This document shows positions 1 through 12,850 of a stretch of 64,000 nt of DNA, in pieces (the stretch's first letter is position 1; each line of letters opens with the position of its first letter). Under the pieces are notes generated by a model. The model saw nothing but the letters and a program-made list of their open reading frames with translations, was not told the DNA's origin and did not search any database. The stretch is from Guillardia theta CCMP2712 (taxonomy: Eukaryota > Protista > Cryptophyta). The stretch lies in the NCBI RefSeq assembly GCF_000315625.1, contig NW_005434642.1:283131-347130 (forward strand). The letters are read 5' to 3'. Position numbers and translations under genes: made by a program.

Positions 1-1700
1 ATCGGCCGAAAGGAGAGGACCGAGGCGCAGATAGGAGTGAGGAGCATGCCGGGAACGTCCTGCCCTTCCTCGTCAGCTTCGTCTCTAGCTCCTCCTCATC
101 CTCCTACCGGGTGGACCATCGAGCCTCCAGCAGCCAGCGAGTACGCTGTCGAGCCTGTCGGAGTAGCGACGATGATGCCGTCTCCTTGCGATGCACAGAC
201 GAATCCTGAGGGGGCAGATGAATCGAGGGGAAGGCGGGGGAGGCGGAAGCGATCCGGGCTTACGGTCGTCACAGAAGCACTCGATGTTGGTCAGGTAGGG
301 AGAGGGCCCTCGGTCCACGCTGACCTGAACCCAACGATCATCCTGGGATGTATGGAGATGTCCTCCGCGACCTCGTTCAATGTGATGAAGTCCGCGATCT
401 TCCTTCTCATGTCATTGTGAACCGTACACCACAGACGCGTCCGGATTTCGACCTTGGCATGAGAAAGTCAGTCGGAGAGGACACACAGCCATTGTCAGCC
501 GCACTTTCATCTCATTGCGCATCACTCTTGTAATGACCTGCAACGTTGAGAAACAACGTGAGGGTGTCTAACAAATGCACGATATGCACAAACATCGGGT
601 TCCTTCAACAGGACAAGAGATCAGGAGAATAGATGAGAATACCTTCTTGTAATCAGAGAAATCAAAAGGAGTCAGAAACCCCAGGCTCCCCATTGCTAAA
701 TAATATTCAGATCACCCTGCTTTGAACATCAACAAGAGAGTAATACCGAAAGAAACTATTGGAGGGCAAGGACCATTGTAAAGTCCATTGACCCACATGA
801 TTGTCCCATCTCCCCCCAGGCATATCACAAAGTCTATCGATCGCAGAGTGTCTGGACAGTATTGATTGGCAGTACATCCAGCTGAGAGCCGATTGTCAGG
901 ACGTTGGATGCAAGTCCATGGACAGAGCATTACGTGGTCCGAGGCTAATCAGCCATGGCAGATCAGGGAACTCGGCCTTCACTGCCGGCTCAACTGCAAC
1001 CTTTGATGTTGAAGGCTCGTCAGAAAGTGTTGAGCTGAAGAGAACGAGAACAGATGCAAGCAAAGGGAGTAAAATAACCTGAAGGTTCTTCTCATCTCGA
1101 AGGAAATGAGCAACTTCCTTCAAGGCCAGGGATAGCGGAGGAGCCTGATCATGGTTTCAGGAGTTCAGTCTTGAGGGCTGCCATTACGACATTCGGTTTC
1201 TTGATTATGAGGACCAGCTGTGGCTTCGAGTCGAAGTTGAGATTGACCTGTAACAAGCCTTCACGCGTAGGAATCGGAGGGTCTGCGCTCATACCAATCG
1301 ATTCGACTGCGAGGCCCACTCAATGTTTCCATTGTTTCGCCGCTCGTACTGGCAGTACTCGTTGTTACATTGTAGGATCTTGATCCCGGCCCCTGCAACT
1401 ACGTCACTAGTCCCCGGCAGTGCAGCATGCATCGGGAGCTCACTCTTGGCCTCCGGCTGAGCATTCATCTGGCCGCTGGGGCATCAGGCTACGAGTCAGA
1501 GCCTACAAGGAGCACAGAGCTCTGCCATCCTCTCCCAGCTCCTCATACCTCTCAAACGACCCCGAGAAGCTCATCGGTTCAATGCGTCCCCTTGACCCGC
1601 CTCCTGCTGGTCTTCGCTGCCTCAATCCTGCCCACCGTGGAGCGCTCTCAGCATGGAGGACCCTCTCGCAACACCATGCAGCGCAGCATTTGCATCGCTC
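1..1700 (-). CDS. NAD(+) kinase, multi-exon, 3' end runs off the window; start uncertain
   Basis: Spliced fragments give [49 protein letters not shown] and [15 protein letters not shown], all canonical NAD kinase motifs. Confidence 0.92.
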
Positions 1701-2402
1701 GCCGTCTTCGACTTGTTCTCCTCGTCTCCTACGCCGCTGCCATGGGCTCCAATGGACGCTCAACCATGACGAGTCCTGGAACACCAGACGACGTCCCCCA
1801 CCCCCACCCCGTTCTCGAAAGCAAACTACCCGTCTACATGGGGGTACTTGCTTTCCCACTTCTCACCCCTGTCTCCTTATGTCTACTACCCCCACCAGTC
1901 GGTAAAGTACCCCGACGACCTTGGTGCAATGAACGTTCCAGTCGGAGATGGCATGGCAGGAAGGAGCGGCGATGAGAACAGCGAGGAGAGGGAGGAGAGC
2001 CAACAAGGAAGAGACAGAAAATGAGAAGAAGAGGAGGAAGATGGAGGAGGACAGATGAGACTGATGCGATAAGAAGAGAAAGGACAGGTGCAGTTCAGTG
2101 CAAGGAATTTGCGGAGCCAGGACATGTGCCCGGGTGAATGTTGCTAGGTGAACACGGATTGTCAAAAGTTGTGTCAATGGCTGCAATGTTTAGAAAAGAT
2201 GAAGAACCGAATTCGTTCCTCATCGTTTCGGAACGCATTGACAACAGGGGATGGTTTTGTGTGAGAGCGAGTCGAGTTCATTTTTCGATGAATCTGAACA
2301 AACTTGCCAGTAGATTGTTACGCAAAGATCAGTAACCATGTTTTATCCTTTCATCTGCTGAAGTGATATACCATCCCTGCCATTGACAGAAGGGGCCTTG
2401 CC

Positions 2403-3780
2403 ATGGTGACTGATTTTGTTTATTCTTCACAGGCCATGTCCTGTCCTGCCGGAGCCAAGCGAGTCGTCAAGAAGTTCCATGCACATTCTCAGAGAGAAGG
2501 AGCAGGTTTCATAGTCAGACGTCCTATAGGAGGAAGCAGCTTGTCAGATCAAGAAGCGGATCCCTTCCTTCTCCTAGACGAGCTTCCGAGAACCAACTAT
2601 GCTCCTGGCGAATTTCCAGGCGCGCCATGGCATCCCCACCGTGGGTTTGATACCGTGATGTATATGAAGGAAGGACGTGGCGATCACGAAGACTCGTGAG
2701 AACTTGGCGCATGCTCTTGTCCTGTGTTGATCCTCTTGCCTGCCAGGATGGGAAACAAAGGATCGCTCACGGATGGTGATTGCCAATGGATGACAGCAGG
2801 AGGTCGAGATGAGTCTCCTCATGCTTGGAAGGACTGACATGGTTTGCTTCAGCTGGTATCCTCCACAACGAGGGAACAAACCATCCGGGAGGATATCTGC
2901 ATGGCTTCCAGTGCTGGATCAACCTGCCCAAAGAGAAGAAAATGACGCCTCCGGCTTATCAGGTAAGTCCTTTTGCAGATTGTGCAGTTTCGAATGTTGC
3001 TGGCCTGACTGGCTCTTGCAGGACATCAGATCTTCTTCCATCCCGGTTGTCACATGTAACGACAAGGTCAAGGCGAAAGTCATTGCTGGGTCTTGCGCTG
3101 GTCAGGATGCTGTGTGCCAAACCATCATCCCCGTACAGTACATCGACTTCATGGTCCAGCCGGGCGGAGAATTCACGCATGATGTGCCGGCTGAAATGGA
3201 GACGGTCATCTTTTATGTCTACAAGGGTTCGGCCATGTTAGGCCCCGAACAAGTCGTGGCCAAAGAGGTGCTATCAATTTCTGATTGCCTTTCTCCTCCC
3301 CTCCATTCCTCTCCTCGATCTCTTCATTTATCTCACTCCTCTCCCTGCTTCTTTTCGTGTTTCCATCTTCTATCATTGCTTCTTTTTGCATCCTTTTGGC
3401 TTGTTATTCTTAAGATATCTTACAATATCTCAGGGGGACACCTGCTTGCTTGATCCTCGAGGAGGCACCAAGGTTTGGTTTAAGGAAAGTCAGAATGAGG
3501 TGGCGCTTGTCGTAAATTTGTACCTCCTCTGAATGCCCACGACTACAGGAACTTGGCTTCCTGCTCCTGGCTGGGAAGCCGATCCGAGAGCCCATTTCGC
3601 GGTATGGACCTTTTGTGATGAACACGAAGGAAGAGATCAGGCAAGCCTTTCTCGACTACCAGGTAGAAAGAGAGAGTAATTACTGCAGGGTGTTAGTATG
3701 CTAAGTTGAGTGTGCAGAGTGGCCAACTTTGCAAGATCAAGGGAACCATGAGAAAGATTTGATGCCTAAACTCCATTTCG
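2403..3780 (+). CDS. Pirin family cupin protein, multi-exon; 3' end approximate
   Basis: [85 protein letters not shown]. Confidence 0.93.
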
Positions 3781-3933
3781 AAGAGGAAATGAAGTCAATA
3801 TCGCTTCCTGGTTTGATGATAATTAAAAATGACACGATTAAGTCTTGCTTGCTTTCATGGAAGATGTATCTCTCGGCAGTCTTGCCTCGTCGTTCAGTGT
3901 CCTCTTGATTCATCGTGAGGGGATTTAAGGGGA

Positions 3934-4903
3934 TCAACGGGAGTGAGCGGAGGTCTTTACAACGTCCAGCGAAGTGCTCAAAGGAAAAAGAACTGTTGTA
4001 GCAGGGAACCAGAGCGAGAGATATGCAAACAGAGTGCGTGACCTCCAGCACAGATCTTCGAGTCGATGTGGCTCAGACGCATGACAGGTGAAGCAGCAGC
4101 TCTCTGAAGCTGACTGCTGTTGCCTCACTCCTTGGAGCGGAATCTTGAAACAAGCTGATAGGACATCGGAGGCCATGGCGATCTCGGGAGCGGATAGCAA
4201 GCGAAGTAGAACTTCATATCGTCACATCGCTCAGAAGATCATTTCTGGACTTTTTGATGCATACTAGCGGTTCGAAGAGAAATGCCAGTCCTCAGCCATG
4301 CATGCTTGAACAACTGAGCAGGAGTAGAAGCTTGAGGGACTAGCTTAATAAACTGAAGCCAATCCAGTCTAACACTGCATCTGTGGCATGCGTTTGAAAA
4401 CTTCCAAACCGCTTGTTGGAAAAACACAGAATCAATTCCACCTCCTCCACGTTCAACTTTTTGTGCTTTCTGATGCAAACTGTCGTGTTGTCTCATCATA
4501 AATTTGTCTCATCATAAATTTGTCATGTTGACATTTGAATTCTTGGTGTGTGTTGGCTCCATGCATCATCGTTCGAAATGGTTTGCCCAGATTGGTAAAG
4601 GAATTGAATTCAAGCTCATGATATTTACGGTGTTAACATCATTTTCTGGATTTGTACCATCACGAAGAGACCTGCGGGTAGGGCAAAGGGAAGCCCCATG
4701 CCTGTAGCTTCTTGGAGTATCCCAGCTACTATTATGGCTCCGGCCAGGTACAGCACAAAGGAAGGGATATTCGAGACATTCACTCTCCATCCCCTTGCTT
4801 CTGCAACTTCATCATTGTTCGTATCCAACTGCTCTGTTTGTCCCCGACGGCTCTTCAGCGTCGCTTGCCCTCCTCTGCCATGTTGTGCCCTGTCGGCCGC
4901 CAT
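3934..4903 (-). CDS. Hypothetical protein with an N-terminal hydrophobic segment, multi-exon
   Basis: ORF 4625-4903 has a good ATG context and a hydrophobic stretch (IPSFVLYLAGAIIVAGIL). Further coding-like minus-strand segments continue to about 3934. No family recognised. Confidence 0.5.
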
Positions 4904-5034
4904 GTGAATGAAACCAGTTCCATCTCGTGTCTACGCCGTTACGTTTTCGTTGCATTCCGTCTAGGCGTGCAAAGGCGTGTAGAGACTCTGGGGGGCCGCG
5001 AGACTGCGACCCTTCGGTTGTTGCTGATTTCGGT

Positions 5035-5460
5035 GGGTGGGGTGCATGTATGACCTACCCCATTAATTCAGGTCAAAGCACTATCAGATAGACGGGTACT
5101 GGAAAACATTTCGGGTGGTGAATAGGACTACAATTTTTGGAGGGGGTGGTACTGTTCTGTGTTGACTGGGTCGTGTACCCCCGTACCCCATGGTGTGACC
5201 AACTACCCCTTCAATTCAGGTTTTGGACCCCGTGAATATCCCCTACCCCACACACCCCTACCCGTATCTATGTTCCTCTTACCCACCGCAATAACTGAAC
5301 TACCCCCCTCGGGTTTGTTGCACCCTCTTTCATAAAACAAACTAAAGTACCCCTTACCCCCTCTTACCCCGAATACCACCCCACCTTAGATCAGGCGGTT
5401 GAAATGGGGTAATATACCCCTACCCCCTGGAATGACCAAAGCTACCCCGTACCATCTAGA
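5035..5460. promoter_or_regulatory. TACCCC/GGGGTA-rich island between divergent genes (putative bidirectional promoter)
   Basis: Many TACCCC/TACCC/GGGTA words and few CpG, lying between the start codons at 4903(-) and 5479(+). Confidence 0.55.
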
Positions 5461-5478
5461 GGATCAGGCTTCTTCACC

Positions 5479-6306
5479 ATGGCAGAGGAGGCAGCAGGAG
5501 CGGCGGCGGCGGCGATCCGCGCGAGCCTGACAGAGGCCTTTACGCCCGTGATCGCGATCACACTTGGTTCAGGATGCGGAGATGTAGCAGATGCTATCAA
5601 GCCTGTGAAGGTCATCAACTACTCTGATATCCCGGGTTTCCCAGTGAGCACAGTGCAAGGCCATGCTGGACAACTGATCCTCGGGCATCTTGCGGGAGTA
5701 CCGATTGTTGGATTGAAGGGAAGGGTACACTATTATGAGGGAAATCCTAGGTCAATGGTTGTCCCCGTGTACACCGTGAAGCTCCTTGGCGCCAAGTACC
5801 TCATGATCACCAATGCATCGGGATCGCTCAGGGAGGAGATGGGGCCGGGTGCGCTTGTGGCGCTGACAGATCACATGAATTTTAGCGGAGCAAACCCGTT
5901 GATAGGGCCGAACAGTGATGGTATGGGGCCTCGCTTCCCCAGCCTGTACAATGCGTACGACCCGGAGCTTCGGTCGATCCTCCTGGACATTGCAAAGGAC
6001 AAGGACGTAAAGGTGCACGAGGGCGTGTACGTGGGGACGTCAGGGCCCTCGTTCGAGACGCCTGCTGAGATCAAGGCGTACAGAGTACTAGGAGGAGATG
6101 TGGTAGGGATGTCAACCGTCGGGGAAGTTATCCTTGCTCGCCATTGCGACCTCCGAGTATGTGCCATCTCTGTGGTGGTGAACTATGCGGCAGGGATGAC
6201 CGACCAGCACATTACTCACGAAGAGACCTTGCACTTCACGAAGCTCGCAGCTGAGAGGGTGGCAACTTTGGTAATGGGGTGGGTCCAGCGCGTGTCGAAT
6301 TTGTAG
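5479..6306 (+). CDS. Purine nucleoside phosphorylase (trimeric PNP/XapA type), intronless
   Basis: Uninterrupted 275-aa ORF with LGSG, YSDIPGFPVSTVQGHAG, KGRVHYYEG, TNASGSL, GPSFETPAE, VGMSTV and VVNYAAG. Confidence 0.96.
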   Translation: MAEEAAGAAAAAIRASLTEAFTPVIAITLGSGCGDVADAIKPVKVINYSDIPGFPVSTVQGHAGQLILGHLAGVPIVGLKGRVHYYEGNPRSMVVPVYTVKLLGAKYLMITNASGSLREEMGPGALVALTDHMNFSGANPLIGPNSDGMGPRFPSLYNAYDPELRSILLDIAKDKDVKVHEGVYVGTSGPSFETPAEIKAYRVLGGDVVGMSTVGEVILARHCDLRVCAISVVVNYAAGMTDQHITHEETLHFTKLAAERVATLVMGWVQRVSNL

Positions 6307-6459
6307 AGGCAGAGGTCACTAGCTGACGACAGGAAGAAGGAAGATCGTTGTACCTGTGGGAGAAGAGTTTCACATGCTGTTAGCTCAACTCTCAAAACAA
6401 AGCTGCAGGTTTCAACAAATAAATTTTTTTGCACATGTTTGCTTCATTGGAAGCCTGAA

Positions 6460-9400
6460 TGGAATTTCCTCATTGACCTGTGCTAAAGAATCTTCCTGCT
6501 CTCCGCAATGATCGTCGACTGTGTATGAACAAACAGGCTAAGATCTAATCCTTCACAGCTTTATGATCAAGATCTTTTCCCCGTCCACCACCATCAAAAC
6601 ATTATCTGTTCCATGTCCTTTGGCACTTGAAATGCTCAACGGCCGTATCGCGAGCCAGCAGAGCCATAAATATCTTGCGAGTACTGGGAGCCGCCGTTAG
6701 CTCCAACAGTACGTCTATGTTCTTACCGTGGGCGAGAAAGCATTTGGTCTTGCCATCCCAGCAGTGTATCCCCCTTGATTGCCATATTTAGCCGCCATGC
6801 CTCCCCGGTCGTAAGATCGCTGCATTCCTAGATCTGCTTTGATTCAAGTCAGGTGGCGAATTGACTGATCCTCTCGTGTTCCAAGTGCTACCTCGTACAG
6901 GCTGCTCAGCTGGAGCAGATCCATCACGACTGTTGTACAAGGAACCTCCTTCGGGCATCGCAGCCAACTGCATCTTTGCATCACAAGACTATTTCCTGCG
7001 TGGAGAGCAAGTGAGAGAGCTTACATTGGATTTGGGAACGTAACGAGGACGGCTATCGTCCAGCTCAGCCTAAAAGTGGGAATGTGAACGGGAACTGATG
7101 ACAAAGAGTACAGCAATAAAACCTGAAGTCGTTGCATGGCGGTTGCGAGACTGGAAGCTGGGCGGCGGGATGCCTCGTCACTCTGCAGGAGAAGTCAAGG
7201 AGGAGCCCGCATTCGACGTGTATTCTACCCCTCGCCGTGCTGGTGGGTCCGCGCTACGACTACGTGTGGAGGCCTCTGTGTTGCATTGTTCAGTTCCAAA
7301 AGAGCAAGCAAGAGCAAACCAGGCAAGGAATCTCACCAGGCACCGGATAATTCCGAGATGCTGCAATGGAAATCCCGCGGTTGGCAATGCCGTATGACTG
7401 CAAACATCTAAGATACGATGGGACCTTGAAATAAAAATTTCCATACACTCGATTCTTCTGCTCTCTCCCTGCTGCCGTAAAGTCCAGAAGTGCCAGCAGT
7501 ATACATGCTTGCTTGTGCCTGGACATCAAGCTCAGACCGTCAGGGATGGTGTTTGGAAGCGCGAAAGAGGGAAACCTGAATTTCGGCTTGCCGGGCACGA
7601 GCTCTCGCTAGATCTTGCCTTGCACGTTCAACAGGATCTTCATCAGGACGAATGCCAGATCTAGCCTAGTACACCAAACATTAAAAACACAAAATGTGTA
7701 CAGTGAAACGCCAATGCAGGTTACCTTGATTCCCGAGTTGGAGCCATACAGCGATTGGTTATCAGCATTCGCGACATTGAGGCTTGAGTCAGGAGTCGAG
7801 TTGATCTCATATCGGGATCCCTCAGAGGGTGTCCTAGAGGGTCTAGCCATCTGTTGAGCAACTGGCTCCACAATTTGCACAGGTGCCTTGCTTATGCTTT
7901 GTGGCTGCAGACATTGGCATGTCATTGAAAAACATGTTCCAAAACCTAGTCCAGATGTATACCACAAAAGTAGGATTTCGCGCAACACTTGCTGATCTAT
8001 TCCCACGGATGATAATCGTCTGATATTCGAGGTCTGGGCTTCGTCTGTAAAGAAACATTCAACAGGCATGTCCTGCCGTATTTTCTAATGCAAAAATAGT
8101 TGAAAGCATCAAGGACTTTGAAAAAACTGACAGTTGCAACAGAAATTTGAATTCGTTCTTACTGAACCACAATTTTGAACACTTGTTGGCATAGAGCATA
8201 TCAAGTATGGAAACGTGCAGAAAGTTTTCTTCTGGCATGGACTCACCTCAATCGAAGAATGACAGCTGTTGAAGGTCTGCCAATGATGAATGTTCTAAGC
8301 TTGGCTAAATCACATCCAAATTCTACTGGATTATCTATGGCAAGAATTATTCAGTGCGCAAGTGCATGTGTGCAAGCAGATACTTACCATCTACTCCAAT
8401 AATGCAATCGCCCTCCAACGGACGTGGTTCAGCGAGAGAGGCAGCTTCACCCTATATGTATCACAGTTCTAAGCAACTTGCTGAGTTCTTTAAAGATTTA
8501 CCTCAATGAGAGACTTGATGTACATTCTTCCATCGTTCTTCTGTTGAAAAACAATGCCGATCCCCACTAATCCTGTTGAGTTCGAAGCGGAGGTAGGAAG
8601 TGGTGACGCACTGGGTGGAATCACGTTGGTGGGTGTCGCATTGGCCATCCGGTTGATTTCATGATGACGCTCATGGGCAGGAGAAGGTGCAGAATTGATT
8701 GGCCGATTATAGATTGACTGTTTCTTATCTTCGCTTGGTCTTCTTCCCAACAAATCGGACTGTGCATATTCTCGTTGACGATCGTACTGACGCAGAGCCG
8801 CTGCTCGGTCGTCGTTGTGGATTTCATTCTGGACTGGGGTTGTCATGCCATTATTTCTATTGTCTCCGGAAGGGGAAAAGGTACTGATGCGATCATGTAC
8901 TCCAGAGGGACTAAACAGGTTGGAACGATCGCTGGGTTGTTGAACTGGGTCGCTTTGACGATAACCTTCATCCCTTGACACAAGTCTGTATGAACCAGAT
9001 TCCTGAGCAGCTCTTCGATCCTGGGAACTGTACAAATCATCGTTGCGAGGCTGTTGAACGAAGGAGGGCTGATTCATATGTATGGTAGGTTGAGGTAGAA
9101 GAACATTAGGGCGCTCAAATGACAAGGCACTTTCATCCTTTCGGACATACGAGGATTGAACGTTCACGGGAGGCTGCCCAGGTTGTGCAGCTGGAGCGAC
9201 GGGCATTTGCGATACAGGGACCTGACGGTCATAAGCATAGTTGCCTGTCTGATATGAGGCCATCCTATCGTATCCGTAGGACTGGCTCCTCGGAACCTGC
9301 TGAACTGGCTGTGGTTGCATGTATGAAGGCGATGTGAACTGTCTGACCTGCGGCTGATACTGAAATGCTTGAAACTGCGTTGGCTCTGGCTGAGGCTGCA

Positions 9401-9518
9401 CCTGGTATTGCATTTGATACGATTGGTACCGCTCTTCTGGAGGGCTAACGCCCCCGATGGGTGTGGGCGCTTGGGGGCGAGAAGCGCCATAGTAAGAATC
9501 ATAGCGCAGATATGACAT
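6460..9518 (-). CDS. PDZ-domain protein with a long Q/P/Y-rich N-terminus and a low-complexity C-terminal region, multi-exon; 3' end approximate
   Basis: 342-aa exon ending GLVGIGIVFQQKNDGRMYIKSLIE. Downstream exons give EGDCIIGVDG and LRTFIIGRPSTAVILRLR, which splices plausibly into RSPDLEYQTIIIRG at about 8045, so 6460-8070 is probably the same gene. Confidence 0.72.
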
Positions 9519-9884
9519 TTCAAGAGGCGAGAAGTGTCAGATATGACAACAAAATTTTATCCTCCTGGTAATATCTTGACGGGATTTTGCTCTGTAGGTT
9601 GAAACGGACAGCTTGACCTCTTCAGTATTCTTGTGATAGCAAGAAGGTAAAAGTCTAGCTCCGTGGAGGTCGAAGCTGTAAAGGCTGAGTGAGGAGCAAC
9701 AAGCTGGGTCGAGACTGGGGATGGGACAGACAAGAGATGTAGGGCACTCAGAAGAGCAGCAGGAAGGTTCGGGAGAGGAACAGCAGAGGAATGGGCGGGG
9801 GGAATAGCAGAGGGAAATGTCGCCAGAGCGGCTGAGCGGCTGAATGATGAGGGCGAGAGGGTGGCAGAGGTAACTTGGCAATAC

Positions 9885-10295
9885 AAGTGGGGGTAGGGTA
9901 GTGCTCATCTTTGAAAAGGGTGGTGTGTGGATTGGGGTGGAGGGTAGGTCAGTAATCTGAAGGGGAGGGGTCCATTTGCCTCGGACTTGATAAAAGACGG
10001 TGCCACGGTAGGCATTGGAAGCTAGATGGTGGGTCACCGGGTGGTTGGGCTTTAGGAGGGGTGGTCTCGGAGGATGGTGTGGACAGTGAGCACTCCTGAA
10101 CCTTTGAGGCAGAGTTTGACCAGGGGGGTGGGTGGGGGATATGCCTCGGAATAAAAAGGACTTCGAGTAAAGAAAGGGGGGTCACCCGGTGGCAACCACT
10201 AGCACCATGATGATACGATATGCGACTCGAGTAAAGTTGGGGTGGGTAGTATGAGTCACTGAGAGACCCGGACCCTTGGGGGTGGGGTCATCTCG
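9885..10295. promoter_or_regulatory. G-run (GGGGTA/GGGGTG) island upstream of the PDZ gene
   Basis: Dense GGGGTAGGGTA, GGGGTGG and GGGGGTCA words 5' of the minus-strand gene. Confidence 0.5.
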
Positions 10296-10309
10296 TCAAC
10301 TGAACTGGT

Positions 10310-11060
10310 GGCCCGGGATTTTTGATTTGGCATGAAATGTAACGGCACGGTTGCCTTTCTGTTCACGGTGGCTGGCGGATCGCGGGACCGTCAGTCGGCA
10401 AACTTGGCCCGCGGCCCAACTTGCAAGACGTACGGTCAAGTTCCCCGAAGCCTGTCCCTGCGCGTTGTTTTAACTTAGTGATGGCAGTGGATTTTGCCTT
10501 TTCTCTTCCGGAAGTTCTCGCCCAGTGACTCTGTGAGATTGTCGTGCTGATCTTCAGTCACGATGATCTTTCTAAAGGAACTCGGCCCGGAATGCCACGC
10601 CGCGGCAACCGCCCGTGACGGTACTCAACTTGCCAAACCCTTTTCGTGACTCCGAAACTACACTCTGAGGGCAGGGACAGTAAGAGTTCAAGTTACAGGC
10701 CGGGCAGTGACTCACCGGGCTCCCGGTCACTGTCAGTCGGACCGTACCGTTCGGTGTGTCCCGGCTCCGAGGGCCGATCGGACTCATTCGTACCGTACCC
10801 GGCGTACTGGCCGCCCGGTAACGGTCACCAGGTCGGCGTTGCGGCCCGCGGTGGCCACACTCGGAGGCTCGGAAGCCTAGTCACTAGTAGACCCCAGGCG
10901 GGGCCGCCCGGGGCCGTCGGTCCGGTCTGACTCAGTGATTCGCCGCCGCTCGGACAGCGGCGACCGGACGCCGCCGCGCGGCTGAGCTCGGAGTGGCCGA
11001 GCCTACCAGGGACTCAGTAAAAGAGCCTACCGTACTGAGTCCCTGGTAGGCTCTACTACT
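10310..11060. other. CpG-rich island of scrambled palindromic words
   Basis: Recurrent ACCGTAC, GTCACT/AGTGAC, GACTCAG, GGCCCG and AACTT/AAGTT words; no credible protein. Confidence 0.6.
10999..11053. repeat. Perfect 21-bp inverted repeat with a 13-nt loop
   Basis: GAGCCTACCAGGGACTCAGTA (10999-11019) and TACTGAGTCCCTGGTAGGCTC (11033-11053). Confidence 0.95.
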
Positions 11061-11738
11061 TGGCAAGTAGATCCGTCTAACGTCCGGATACTACTGACAG
11101 CTGCGGATAGAGCTTATCCCGAAGGGGCGGCTGGTGAGGAACCAAGTTGGCCCGAATGCGGCGTGAGAGCCGGGCGCGGCAGCAGATGCCAGTGACGAGG
11201 CTGAGCTGGCGGCGCCATGACCCGGCGTCTCCTTGAACTCCGAGGCTGCTTGTTCCTGTCACGGTCATTGTTGTTGAAATCTGCCTGGTGTTTCAGGTTC
11301 GATCTCCGATCACCTTGCTTGTCAACTTCAAGGGCAAGTCCGGTTGACAGTGAGTCGATTGCTCGATCATAGCTGAGAAATTGAACTTGGCACCATTTCA
11401 AGTCTCGGCCACTCCGATATCCCTGGCATACAACCTTTCTATGAACAACATCCCTAATAAGACACTGTGAATGTCCGTTAAGATTCCTTACTCGTGACAT
11501 TGAACTGAATAGATAACCATCTTACTACTTCTGTCCCCATCTCGATTTTGTTGCAGGGAGGGTGTAATCTAACTTATCAACTTGCAAGTGAAATAACTAA
11601 CACATCATACCTGACTTCCTTCAACCGTCCTGTTGTACATAGTGAACACTGCGCAAGTGAAGCTCATTTCAATTTCAGGCAAGAAGCTCGACATATATAC
11701 CATTCTAGATGCAGAAAAAAGAAGGAGAGAGTGCAAAC

Positions 11739-12640
11739 ATGTCGCTATTTGGACCGCTGATGGAGTGTTGCTCGAACAGAAGAAACAACGATGAGGTGAC
11801 AACGAGCCGATCCTGATCTTGCAATGGGTTCAAATTCACATGAGTGTTCTTGATTTCTACTTGTGTTGGTGGTGTGGCGAGCTTTCACATGCCTCTGTTG
11901 TTCTGGAGTGCATATCAAGTTCATTTCGACAACTCTTGACGTTTATCATTTGCAGGAAGGCAGGCATCTCGGCGACCGCGGACAGCTCTCTGAGAAGATG
12001 CGAAGGGGAATTGCAGTAGACATGTATCAGCGAGGAAAGCATGATTTCCAGCGCAAGGAAACGAAGCATCAACCAGAGTTCAGCGCCATAGGATCCCATT
12101 CACCAAGATTATCGAACTTGCAGGATTCTCCGAGGATACAAGACCTTCAGATGGTTCTGCCGAGCTTGCTCTCCTCCCCTTGGGTTGTTGACACCTTCCC
12201 ACCAGCACTCTCCCCGCGACAACGTTGGTGTCGGCATCATCTTCGATGCAGGCACAGATGGCAAGGGGCCAGATGGCATCGGCCTATGTGTCAACGGGCT
12301 GAGCCCGGACGGGCCAGCCGATCAGTGCAAGTCCATCCACATCGGCGACGTTCTTGTAGAGATTGATGGAGTTGACGTGCAGGGGAAGACAGCGGGTAAT
12401 GCTGTATTCTAGTTGCTTCATTGCTTGCAGACTGTGACCTTGAAGCAGGAGAAATCTCTTCGTTGATCTTGGGGCGTCCGGGGAGTTCTGTGCATCTCAA
12501 GTTCTTCTCTCGTGAGTTCTGCTCTTCCGAGTCTCATCGAGTTTGAACGCGAGGTCGCAGGCGGAAGATTTGATCGTCCATATCATGTCACTATGGAGCG
12601 CAAGCGGACAGTCAACAGGCGTTTGAAATTGCCGCATGAC
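11739..12640 (+). CDS. Small PDZ-domain protein, multi-exon
   Basis: MSLFGPLMECCSNRR start. PDZ segment VGVGIIFDAG...LCVNGLSPDGPADQCKSIHIGDVLVEIDGVDVQGKTA|GEISSLILGRPGSSVHLKF. Confidence 0.82.
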
Positions 12641-12850
12641 TGATTGATACTCAACGTTTGTTGTAATCCAATGCAGCTGGTTGGTGCTCCCGCTAGCAGA
12701 GTGTAGCATGCGCAAGCTTCACATGAATTCAGGATCAACAAAACAACATGTTCAGCAACACATTACACAGATCGAATTTATTACACGGAATCAATAAATG
12801 TCTATAAATTGCCACAGTTGCCCTTTCAGGGACAAGTACAGTTGTCTAGC

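Noticed and set aside
4487-4525. 16-bp tandem duplication TGTCTCATCATAAATT
   Set aside because: Isolated local slippage, probably intronic, with no evidence of a mobile-element footprint.
5035-5460. TACCCC clusters as interstitial telomeric repeats
   Set aside because: The words are dispersed and irregular, occur on both strands and track gene starts; they are not tandem telomere arrays.
6460-8069. Separate hypothetical gene starting MPVECFF at 8069
   Set aside because: A different frame at about 8045 supplies the missing last strand of the upstream PDZ domain, so it was merged with 8100-9518. Not proven without cDNA.
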